Below, piece after piece: positions 10,350 through 17,713 of a DNA stretch of 28,264 nt; position 1 is the stretch's first letter, and every line of letters begins with the position of its first letter. The translations under genes were made by a program, and so were the position numbers. Under the pieces are notes generated by a model, which was not told where the DNA came from, did no database searches, and worked only from the letters and a program-made list of their open reading frames with translations. The DNA comes from Arcobacter sp. (GTDB taxonomy: Bacteria > Campylobacterota > Campylobacteria > Campylobacterales > Arcobacteraceae). The stretch lies in the NCBI GenBank assembly GCA_965662175.1, contig CBFIGT010000018.1, positions 1-28,264 of the forward strand, read 5' to 3'.

Positions 10350-10406
10350 TGTCAAAAAAATGTCAATAATTTATACATATTTTTATTGACAAATATCTTG
10401 TATAAT
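10350..10406 (+). promoter_or_regulatory. nhaA promoter with TGTCAA direct repeat, inverted TTGACA and -10 box
   Basis: GTCAA at 10351 and 10362 (11-bp period), TTGACA at 10386 and TATAAT at 10401. The same spacing recurs at 13850-13905. Confidence 0.7.
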
Positions 10407-10450
10407 TTTATAATTAATAATAAAATTTACAAATTCAAACTGGAGATTAA

Positions 10451-11788
10451 ATGAAATTATACGCACCATGGGAAAAAGCTTTTAAAAAAGTATCAACACC
10501 CTTTGAAGAGTTTTTACATGCCCAAACAACAACAGGTCTTATTTTAATACTTATGACTGTATTAGCATTAGTATTGGCTAATACATCTTTGTATGAGGCA
10601 TATTCACATTTTTTTCATATGAAAATAGATTTAAATGTTGGTTCATGGGAATTGTCCCGTTCACTTCACCATTGGATTAATGATGGACTTATGGCTATTT
10701 TCTTTTTTCTTATTGGATTGGAGATAAAAAGAGAGATAACAGCAGGAGAACTTTCAAATATAAAAGTTGCACTTTTACCTATATTAGCAGCTATTGGAGG
10801 AATAGTTTTCCCAGCACTAATTTATACAAGTTTAAATTATGGCACAGAAGGTGCTGGAGGTTGGGGAATTCCTATGGCTACTGATATTGCTTTTGCAATT
10901 AGTGCATTAGTTTTATTAGGAAAAAGAGTACCAACAGCTCTTGTTACATTTTTAGTTGCACTTGCTATTGTTGATGATTTAGGTGCTGTTTTAGTAATAG
11001 CATTATTTTATACAGAAACTATAAATATGCTTCCATTAGGATTAGCAGGAGTTATGTTATTGGTTATGATAGCTTTTAATAGATTTGGTATTCATATGAT
11101 ATTACCATATTTTATTGTGGGTTTACTTATGTGGTTTTTTATGCTTGAATCAGGTGTTCACGCTACTATTGCAGGTGTTTTAGCAGCATTAGCAATACCA
11201 TCAACTCCTAAAAGTGTACCATCTAGATTTGTAAGTAATACAAGGCATCTTTTAGATGAGTATGAAGAACTACAAGATAAAGAAAATCATTTAATGGATG
11301 AGAAACAAAAGAAAATATTAACAAATATCAAAGATAAAATTGATGAAGTTGGAACACCAGCTGCACGATTAGAACATGGTTTACATCTACCTGTTGCACT
11401 ATTGATTATTCCAATTTTTGCATTAGCAAATGCAGGTATAAAAATAGACTTTAGTTCAGTTGGCTCTACGATTTTAGAACCTGTTTCTTTAGGAATTATT
11501 GCGGGATTAATTTTAGGAAAAGTTATTGGTATTTTTGGAGTATCTTGGTTAGCAATAAAATTAAAAATTGCCCAACTTCCAAATGGTAGTAATATGAGTC
11601 AAGTATTTGGAGTGGCTTTTTTAGGTGGTATTGGTTTTACAATGTCAATCTTTGTGGCAGACCTTGCCTTTGTAGGAAATCCTGAGCTTATTTTTCAAGC
11701 AAAAATTGGGATTTTGAGTGCTTCTTTATTTTCAGGTTTATTTGGATATTTTTGGTTAAAATCAGTATCAAAAAATAAAGGTGCTTAG
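10451..11788 (+). CDS. nhaA: Na+/H+ antiporter NhaA
   Basis: WINDGLMAIFFFLIGLEIKRE, GWGIPMATDIAFA, LAIVDDLGA, SGVHATIAG and GIGFTMSIF. GGAG RBS. Confidence 0.97.
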   Translation: MKLYAPWEKAFKKVSTPFEEFLHAQTTTGLILILMTVLALVLANTSLYEAYSHFFHMKIDLNVGSWELSRSLHHWINDGLMAIFFFLIGLEIKREITAGELSNIKVALLPILAAIGGIVFPALIYTSLNYGTEGAGGWGIPMATDIAFAISALVLLGKRVPTALVTFLVALAIVDDLGAVLVIALFYTETINMLPLGLAGVMLLVMIAFNRFGIHMILPYFIVGLLMWFFMLESGVHATIAGVLAALAIPSTPKSVPSRFVSNTRHLLDEYEELQDKENHLMDEKQKKILTNIKDKIDEVGTPAARLEHGLHLPVALLIIPIFALANAGIKIDFSSVGSTILEPVSLGIIAGLILGKVIGIFGVSWLAIKLKIAQLPNGSNMSQVFGVAFLGGIGFTMSIFVADLAFVGNPELIFQAKIGILSASLFSGLFGYFWLKSVSKNKGA

Positions 11789-12469
11789 TTGAATAAAAAA
11801 AATGTTCTTTTGATTGAAGATAATTTAGAGTTGCAAGAACTAATTAGTAACTTTTTAAAAGATTATAGTTATGATTGTTTTGCATACGCTCAACCATTAG
11901 AAGCATTAGAAGAGTTCAGACTAAGCCATAATAAATATGCTATTGTTATATTAGATTTAGGCCTTCCACGAATGGATGGCTTTGATCTTTTTAAAAAATT
12001 AAAAGAGATTAAAAATATTCCTATTATTATTTCAACTGCAAGGGATGATATAGGAAACAAAATATATGGTTTTGAATTAGGAGCAGATGATTACCTCTCA
12101 AAACCTTATGAGCCTAGAGAATTAGTACTTAGAATAGATGCTACTTTAAAAAGATATAGTGATGATACTATAATTAATATTGATGAATTAATAATTGATA
12201 CAGATAAAAAGAGTGTATTTTTCGATAATCAACAAATTGAATTTACAAAAATTGAATCAGAGATATTTTTTATGTTTATTAAAAACATGAATATGGTAGT
12301 CTCACGAGAAGATATTATAAATCAAACTTCACTAAAAAAAGATACCAAAAATAGAACTATAGATATGCATGTTAGTAATATTAGATTTAAAATAAATGAT
12401 GACTCAAAAGAGCCAAAATATATTAAATCTGTTTGGGGAATAGGGTACAAGCTTTTAAATGACAATTAG
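11789..12469 (+). CDS. OmpR/PhoB family response regulator
   Basis: Receiver domain (LLIEDN, ILDLGLPRMDG, GADDYLSKPY) plus a winged helix (RTIDMHVSNIRFKI, YIKSVWGIGYK). TTG start after AAGGTG. Confidence 0.95.
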   Translation: MNKKNVLLIEDNLELQELISNFLKDYSYDCFAYAQPLEALEEFRLSHNKYAIVILDLGLPRMDGFDLFKKLKEIKNIPIIISTARDDIGNKIYGFELGADDYLSKPYEPRELVLRIDATLKRYSDDTIINIDELIIDTDKKSVFFDNQQIEFTKIESEIFFMFIKNMNMVVSREDIINQTSLKKDTKNRTIDMHVSNIRFKINDDSKEPKYIKSVWGIGYKLLNDN

Positions 12470-13841
12470 ACAAAGATTATTTATCTCTTTCTCTCTTATT
12501 TTATTTATTATTATATTTATTATAGGAGTCTTTTTTTATACAATTTATAATCTAAATGAAACACATATTGCTCAAAAACATAGATACGACCAAATGAGAA
12601 GAGTCGAAAAATTAAAAGAGTATAATAACTCATTTTCTTGGATTGTTCTTGATATTATAACTGATTATGAAAAACTTAATATTGTAAAAAGTAGATTAAA
12701 AAAAGCAGATGATTTATTTAAAGACTTAATTTTTCAAAAAAGAAATATAATTGAAAACTCTGAATCAAATAGTGAAAAAAAGAATTTAGAACTAATATTT
12801 AAAGATTTTGAAATCATAGAAAAACTAATCAAATATGAGTTATATGAGATTGTTTTAAAAACTAAAATAGATAAAGATTTTAAAAACTTCAATGAAAACT
12901 TTGGTGAAATAAGCGCTCAAGTTCAAAAATTATTGGAAGATGAAATAGCATATCTTGAAAATAGACTAGAAGAGACTGAAATAAGCAGGGAAGAGTTTAT
13001 AGATACAATTAAAGTAGAGCTTGTAATACTTTTATTAATCGCTTTTATCCTCTCTTTTATTATCTCTACAAAAATTATTAAAGAAATTAAAGAGATGCTA
13101 GATAGACTCAACAAAGGTGTTTTACATCTTTTTAACGATGATGAAAACTCTATTAAAGTAAATATTGGTAAAAACAATGAATTAAGTGAAATAACAAAGA
13201 ATCTAAACTCATATCTTGAAAAACAAGATGATATTATTCATTCAAGAGAAGAGCTTTTAAGAAATATAAGTCATGAACTAAAAACTCCAATTGCAAAGGG
13301 TAAATTCCTATTAGAAAATTTAAAAAATAGCTATGAAAATCTTGAAATATCAAACATAAATAGCGTATTTATAGATATAGAAGAGCTTACAAGTAAGCTA
13401 CTTCAAAGGGAAAAATTAAATTTTGCTAAAGTAAATTCATCAGAGTTTAAAGTAAGTAGTTTAATTCTTGAGTCTTTATCAAAACTTTCTATTGATGATG
13501 AGTCCAAAATAAAACTTGATATAAAAGATGATTTTTATATTAATGGTGATAAATACTATTTGACAATTGCTTTAAAAAATTTAATAGACAATGCCATAAA
13601 ATATTCACAAGAGTTTCCAATAGAGATAAAAACTAAAGATAAAACAGTTTATGTAAAAAATATATCTGAAAAACTTACAAATGATTTTGTGTACTATATA
13701 AGACCCTTTACAAGAGACCCAAGCCATCAATTAGGTCATGGATTAGGTTTAAATATTGTAAATAAAATAGTTCAAATGCATAAGTTTAAACTAGATTATA
13801 ACTACAAAGAACCATATAATGTTTTTTCTATAAGATTTTAA
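12459..13841 (+). CDS. Membrane sensor histidine kinase (2 TM, helical periplasmic domain, HAMP)
   Basis: Two TM helices, H-box ISHELKTPI, N-box KNLIDNAIKYS and GHGLGL. Overlaps the response regulator end. Confidence 0.93.
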   Translation: MTIRQRLFISFSLILFIIIFIIGVFFYTIYNLNETHIAQKHRYDQMRRVEKLKEYNNSFSWIVLDIITDYEKLNIVKSRLKKADDLFKDLIFQKRNIIENSESNSEKKNLELIFKDFEIIEKLIKYELYEIVLKTKIDKDFKNFNENFGEISAQVQKLLEDEIAYLENRLEETEISREEFIDTIKVELVILLLIAFILSFIISTKIIKEIKEMLDRLNKGVLHLFNDDENSIKVNIGKNNELSEITKNLNSYLEKQDDIIHSREELLRNISHELKTPIAKGKFLLENLKNSYENLEISNINSVFIDIEELTSKLLQREKLNFAKVNSSEFKVSSLILESLSKLSIDDESKIKLDIKDDFYINGDKYYLTIALKNLIDNAIKYSQEFPIEIKTKDKTVYVKNISEKLTNDFVYYIRPFTRDPSHQLGHGLGLNIVNKIVQMHKFKLDYNYKEPYNVFSIRF

Positions 13842-13848
13842 GTTAAAA

Positions 13849-13905
13849 TGTCAAGAAATTGTAAAGAGAAATGACCTTTTAAAGTTGACACTATCCATAT
13901 ATAAT
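13849..13905 (+). promoter_or_regulatory. Promoter of the small ORF, same architecture as the nhaA promoter
   Basis: GTCAA at 13850, GTAAA at 13861, TTGACA at 13885 and TATAAT at 13900. Offsets 0/11/35/50 match the nhaA promoter. Confidence 0.7.
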
Positions 13906-13939
13906 TTTTCTAATAAAAAATAAATTTAAAGGATATTTT

Positions 13940-14017
13940 ATGGATATGGTTAGAAATTTAGTAATTACAGTACTAGTATCATTTGCAGCAATAGGATTTA
14001 TTAGCTCTAGCTTTTAA
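13940..14017 (+). CDS. Small 25-aa single-helix membrane peptide MDMVRNLVITVLVSFAAIGFISSSF
   Basis: AAGGA RBS at 13929-13933, ATG at 13940, TAA at 14015-14017. It has its own -10 box and a downstream hairpin. Too short for the ORF track. Confidence 0.65.
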   Translation: MDMVRNLVITVLVSFAAIGFISSSF

Positions 14018-14045
14018 ATCTTATTACTCTTCCCCCCCCACTTTT

Positions 14046-14075
14046 TATAGCCATGGGCTTTAAGCCTTGGTTATA
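14046..14075. terminator. Hairpin between the convergent small ORF and recO (probable terminator)
   Basis: TATAGCCATGGGCT-tta-AGCCTTGGTTATA forms an imperfect stem with T-runs nearby. Confidence 0.55.
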
Positions 14076-14087
14076 GTTTAAAACTAT

Positions 14088-14705
14088 TTATAGACCTTGA
14101 AGAAGGATTCTCCAAATATACTCAACCTCCTCATCATCCAGTGATATAAGCGATTTATCTCTAAAAAGTTCATCTATTTTATAAAAATCAAACTTTTTAC
14201 TATAGGCACATTTGGGATGTACAGGATGGAAACTTCTTACAAGAGATATTTTATCTTTTATAGTTTGTTCACACAAAAGACAGATATATTCAGTATGAAG
14301 TCTTCCCTCATACTCTAAAAGTTTTATATAGATTTCACAAATAGCACGTTTAGGATTTTGTTTTATCATAACATGAACTAATTCATCTAAAAGTTTAAAG
14401 TAAAAATCATCAATATCTTCAACATCTTTTAAATGGGGATAAAAAAGTTTAACAAATCTTTGCCAACAGTACATTTTATCCCTATCAAAAATCCAATTAA
14501 ACCCAAGTTGAATTACATCTTTAAGCCTAGGAATTGTACTTTTCATATTAGATTCTAATTCAAAATCTATTTTGTAGCCAATATTTATATTTGAATGTCT
14601 AGCTCCATAAAATCTATAGCATGTATAGATATTATCTTCAGCTAGAATAGTTACAATTAAATCATCATCTTTTACAGACTTGATATCTATTATATAACCT
14701 TGCAT
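14088..14705 (-). CDS. recO: Recombination protein RecO (Campylobacterota type)
   Basis: MQGYII...DDLIVTIL...YRFYGARHS, YKIDFE, PRLKDV and a Zn-finger-like EGRLHTEYICLLC...HPKC. Confidence 0.88.
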   Translation of the reverse strand: MQGYIIDIKSVKDDDLIVTILAEDNIYTCYRFYGARHSNINIGYKIDFELESNMKSTIPRLKDVIQLGFNWIFDRDKMYCWQRFVKLFYPHLKDVEDIDDFYFKLLDELVHVMIKQNPKRAICEIYIKLLEYEGRLHTEYICLLCEQTIKDKISLVRSFHPVHPKCAYSKKFDFYKIDELFRDKSLISLDDEEVEYIWRILLQGL

Positions 14706-14963
14706 TTACTCTTTTAGACTTTTCATATCAATTATTTCATCGATAATTTCTTGAGCTTCCTCATCATCAATCTCGTCATTTTCAAGCTCTTCTACCATCT
14801 CTTGAAAATCCTTTTTCATCTCTTGCATATCTTTTATTTCATCTTTAACACCACTATCAGCTTTTTTAGATGCAACTAGTTCAAAAAGTTCATCTAAATA
14901 ATCTTCGATATCAGGTAAAACTTCATTATGAATCAAGTTTAATAGTTTTTCTTGTACTCTCAT
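14706..14963 (-). CDS. Small, highly acidic helical hypothetical protein
   Basis: 85-aa ORF with an AAGGA RBS, abutting recO on the same strand. Very rich in D and E. Confidence 0.8.
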   Translation of the reverse strand: MRVQEKLLNLIHNEVLPDIEDYLDELFELVASKKADSGVKDEIKDMQEMKKDFQEMVEELENDEIDDEEAQEIIDEIIDMKSLKE

Positions 14964-15077
14964 ATTTTAATCCTTTAAAAATTGGAAAAAATTATAACAA
15001 AATTATTCTACTTGTTTGCTTCATAATTTTACTTATGGTATGATGTTGCCATATATTACGAAGAAGGAAAAAGATCA

Positions 15078-15392
15078 ATGAGTGATTTTGAAAATATAAA
15101 AATATCTAAGAAAGCAAATATTTTATATGATGGGCATGTAACAAGTAGAACAATTGAGTTTCCAGACGGTTCTAAAAAGACTCTAGGTATTATGTTACCA
15201 GGTGAATATGAATTTACTACAATTCATGAAAATGTTATTGATGTACAATCAGGTGAATTAGAAGTTTTATTACCTGCACAAGAGTGGAAAAAAATAGTTG
15301 CTCCACAAACTTTTAAAGTTCCAGCAAACTCAAGATTTAAATTAAAAATCGTTTCATTAATTGACTATTGTTGTTCTTTTACTAAGTTCTAA
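15078..15392 (+). CDS. ppnP: Pyrimidine/purine nucleoside phosphorylase (DUF1255/PpnP family)
   Basis: KANILYDGHVTSR, DGSKKTLGIMLPGEYEF, FKVPANSRF and DYCCSF. AAGGA RBS. Confidence 0.88.
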   Translation: MSDFENIKISKKANILYDGHVTSRTIEFPDGSKKTLGIMLPGEYEFTTIHENVIDVQSGELEVLLPAQEWKKIVAPQTFKVPANSRFKLKIVSLIDYCCSFTKF

Positions 15393-15401
15393 GACTCAAA
15401 T

Positions 15402-15441
15402 TATAAAAAAGCTAGATGCTTTTATCTCTAGCTTTTTTATA
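15402..15441. terminator. Bidirectional intrinsic terminator
   Basis: TATAAAAAAGCTAGA-N10-TCTAGCTTTTTTATA, with A/T tracts on both sides. Confidence 0.8.
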
Positions 15442-15457
15442 TAGTAATAGTTATAAA

Positions 15458-15482
15458 CTAAGCTTCTACCGCTACTTCTACA
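15458..15482 (-). other. Displaced copy of the SORL gene 3' end (att-like site)
   Basis: Minus strand reads GTA GAA GTA GCG GTA GAA GCT TAG = VEVAVEA*. The stop is the same distance from the shared core as in the intact gene. Confidence 0.7.
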
Positions 15483-15682
15483 AGAATTGCTCTCTAAAAA
15501 AACCTAGATAACGCTATTTTTAGGTATCAAAAAAAATAAATAATTATATAAAATATGCTAAATTAAGCCCTGATAGAGGAAAGGATGTAGATACAATTAT
15601 GTTAGGAATCGGGACTTAATTATGTATTGCATTACATATTAACTTTAGATATAATAGTGATACTATACAATAAAGGATAAAT

Positions 15683-16960
15683 ATGCTTGAAGAACTACTT
15701 ATAAAAAGCCGAGATTTTATTACTGTACACAATCAAGATTATCAAAGATATTTTATAAAAACAAAAAACTTAGAGCATAGGCTATCTATCATTATTGGTC
15801 CAAGAGGAATTGGTAAAACAACTACTGTAGTTCAGTACATCACAAAAAATTACAAAGATAATGAAGCTTTATATGTAAACCTTGATGATATACAAATCTC
15901 TTCAAAATTCACAATGACACAAATTGCTGAAGAGTTTGTTCTAAATGGTGGAAAGCTTTTGTGCTTTGATGAGATTCATAAATATGAAAGTTGGTCTGCT
16001 GAGCTTAAAAATATCTATGATAGGTTCGATAAATTAAAAATTATTGCAACTGGTAGTTCAGCACTTCAGATTAACAAAGGAAGTCATGATCTAAGTAGAA
16101 GAGCAGTTGTGTATAACATGGTTGGTATGAGCTTTAGAGAATTTTTAGAGCTTCACCATGGATTTGAATTAGACAATTATAGTTTGGAAGAAATCGTATC
16201 AAATCATATAAAGATAGCTACAAATATCAAAAATTGGGTTGAGTTACAAGATAAAAAAATCATTCCGCTTTTTAAAGATTATCTCAAACATGGTTATTAT
16301 CCTTACTATCTTTCAATGCCAAATGAGATTTTGTTTTTTCAAACACTGCAACAAAACATCAATGTATCAATAGAGAGTGATTTACTAAATGTTTATCCAA
16401 AACTCAATGGAAATAGTATAAAAAAAATAAAAATGCTTCTTTCTGTTATTATTAAGAGTGTACCGTTTGAGCCAAATATGAGTGATATTAAAAAAGCAGC
16501 CCAAATTAGTGATGATAGAACACTAAAAGAGTATCTTGCAAAACTTGATGATGCAGGACTTGTAAAACTTCTTATGCAAAATTCTCTTGCTATGAAAAAC
16601 TTTGATAAACCAGAGAAAATTTATTTAGCTAACACAAATCTTATGTACACAAAAGAACCAAATACTGGTAACTTACGAGAAACATTTTTTGTGAATCAAC
16701 TTGATAATTACTATAAAAATAAGCAATCACTAAATGATGATGGAATTTTTGCTAGTAATATTGGTGATTTTTATTGTCAAGAGAAATATACTTTTGTCCT
16801 CACTTCGTTGCGGGATTCCGTTTCACTACATGAAGTTGGTGGTAAAAATAAAAGCTTTGAGCAGATAAAAGATATAGCAAATTCTTTTGTAGCTAGCGAT
16901 AGTATTGAAGTTGGATTTGGTAATAAAATTCCTCTTTGGCTGTTTGGATTTTTATATTAG
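15683..16960 (+). CDS. AAA+ ATPase (AAA_14 / DUF4143-like)
   Basis: Walker A GPRGIGKTT, Walker B LCFDEIHKY, IIATGSS, MSFREFL, KPEKIYLANTNL, GNLRETFF and C-terminal IPLWLFGFLY. Confidence 0.9.
   Translation: MLEELLIKSRDFITVHNQDYQRYFIKTKNLEHRLSIIIGPRGIGKTTTVVQYITKNYKDNEALYVNLDDIQISSKFTMTQIAEEFVLNGGKLLCFDEIHKYESWSAELKNIYDRFDKLKIIATGSSALQINKGSHDLSRRAVVYNMVGMSFREFLELHHGFELDNYSLEEIVSNHIKIATNIKNWVELQDKKIIPLFKDYLKHGYYPYYLSMPNEILFFQTLQQNINVSIESDLLNVYPKLNGNSIKKIKMLLSVIIKSVPFEPNMSDIKKAAQISDDRTLKEYLAKLDDAGLVKLLMQNSLAMKNFDKPEKIYLANTNLMYTKEPNTGNLRETFFVNQLDNYYKNKQSLNDDGIFASNIGDFYCQEKYTFVLTSLRDSVSLHEVGGKNKSFEQIKDIANSFVASDSIEVGFGNKIPLWLFGFLY
16795..16830. repeat. 36-bp GC-rich REP/MITE-like element inserted in frame in the ATPase
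   Basis: TGTCCTCACTTCGTTGCGGGATTCCGTTTCACTACA is 18/36 GC with TGT...ACA ends. It adds VLTSLRDSVSLH between YTF and EVGGKNK. Confidence 0.65.
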
Positions 16961-17138
16961 AAATAGATTAAGATGTATAATCTAAATATTTATAGAGTTA
17001 GTTAGTATTCTAAAAAAAATGTAAATGCTAATATACTTTTTTTATTATTTTTTAAATATTAGATAGGTTAAGATAATATGTTTTTGTACAGTTTAATAAA
17101 AGTTTTTAAATTTACTGTACCATAAGTGTACCAAGTAT

Positions 17139-17173
17139 AAAAAAAGGCAGAAGCTTAAAGCTCCTACCTTTTT
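17139..17173 (-). terminator. Intrinsic terminator of the SORL gene
   Basis: Minus strand AAAAAGGTAGGAGCT-tta-AGCTTCTGCCTTTTTTT. The G-U pairs work only on the minus strand. Confidence 0.75.
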
Positions 17174-17192
17174 GATATTTAGTATCTATTGA

Positions 17193-17579
17193 CTATTCAG
17201 CAACAGCTACTTCTACAGGTGTTGACTCCCAAATACCATGTTTTGTACAGTATCCATGAGCAACTAAGTTTAATTTTTTACTAGTTGGGATGATAGTAAA
17301 AGTTGTTGTATTATGAGCTTTTACATTTCCTAATGTTCCTGGTACATAAGAAGCTTTTGCTAATTGTGTTTCACCATTAAATAGTGTAACTGATTCAATA
17401 TAATGATCAAAATCATCTGGATGAGTATATTCATTACCCATTTTTACAGTTACTTCAAAAGGTTCACCTGCTTTTGCAGTAGCAGCACAGTGGATAAATG
17501 GGCTGTGTCTATCAATTAAATCTTTCTTTGCTTCTCTTTCAACAGTATCGATATCAACATATTTGTTAATCTTTGGCAT
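17193..17579 (-). CDS. Class II SORL / desulfoferrodoxin-like (superoxide reductase-like) protein
   Basis: DRHSPFI, HPDDFDHYIESV and YCTKHGIWE give a His/Cys iron-ligand pattern. AGGAG RBS. Confidence 0.88.
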   Translation of the reverse strand: MPKINKYVDIDTVEREAKKDLIDRHSPFIHCAATAKAGEPFEVTVKMGNEYTHPDDFDHYIESVTLFNGETQLAKASYVPGTLGNVKAHNTTTFTIIPTSKKLNLVAHGYCTKHGIWESTPVEVAVAE

Positions 17580-17639
17580 TTTAAATCTCCTAAAAATAAA
17601 GTATTAACATTATACTAAAAATTTAATTAAAAATTTATA

Positions 17640-17654
17640 GGATAATTTTTATCC
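17640..17654. promoter_or_regulatory. Candidate operator in the divergent SORL/thiL promoter region
   Basis: GGATAA-ttt-TTATCC palindrome, 26-40 bp upstream of the minus-strand TATAAT at 17609-17614. Confidence 0.4.
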
Positions 17655-17713
17655 AAAGCCTTTAATTTCTGAAAATCGTCAAAAATCAAGTCTTTTTATG
17701 ATAAAATCCGCAA

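Larger units (their letters stand above)
15471..17217. mobile_element. ~1.74 kb integrase-less genomic islet inserted in the 3' end of the SORL gene
   Basis: Direct repeat GCTACTTCTACA at 15471-15482 and 17206-17217. The left copy lies in a duplicate gene end (VEVAVEA*) and the right copy in the current gene end (VEVAVAE*). Confidence 0.7.

Noticed and set aside
10386..10406. TTGACA...TATAAT as a canonical sigma70 -35/-10 pair (also at 13885-13905)
   Set aside because: The spacer is 9 nt rather than about 17, so TTGACA was reinterpreted as an inverted regulator half-site.
11786..11791. nhaA stop TAG directly abuts the in-frame TTG of the response regulator, suggesting a read-through fusion
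   Set aside because: Both proteins are complete, and the regulator has its own RBS (AAGGTG at 11778-11783). Ordinary translational coupling explains it. The in-frame abutment at 14705/14706 is treated the same way.
13560..13841. Kinase ATP-binding domain lacks a clear DxGxG (G1) box
   Set aside because: Shortened ATPase domains are common in Campylobacterota OmpR-partner kinases. The H, N and G2 boxes are intact, so it is not called a pseudogene.
15483..15682. Possible integrase remnant or small ORF at the islet left end
   Set aside because: Only very short frames (e.g. MLGIGT*) are present, with no recognisable recombinase motif.
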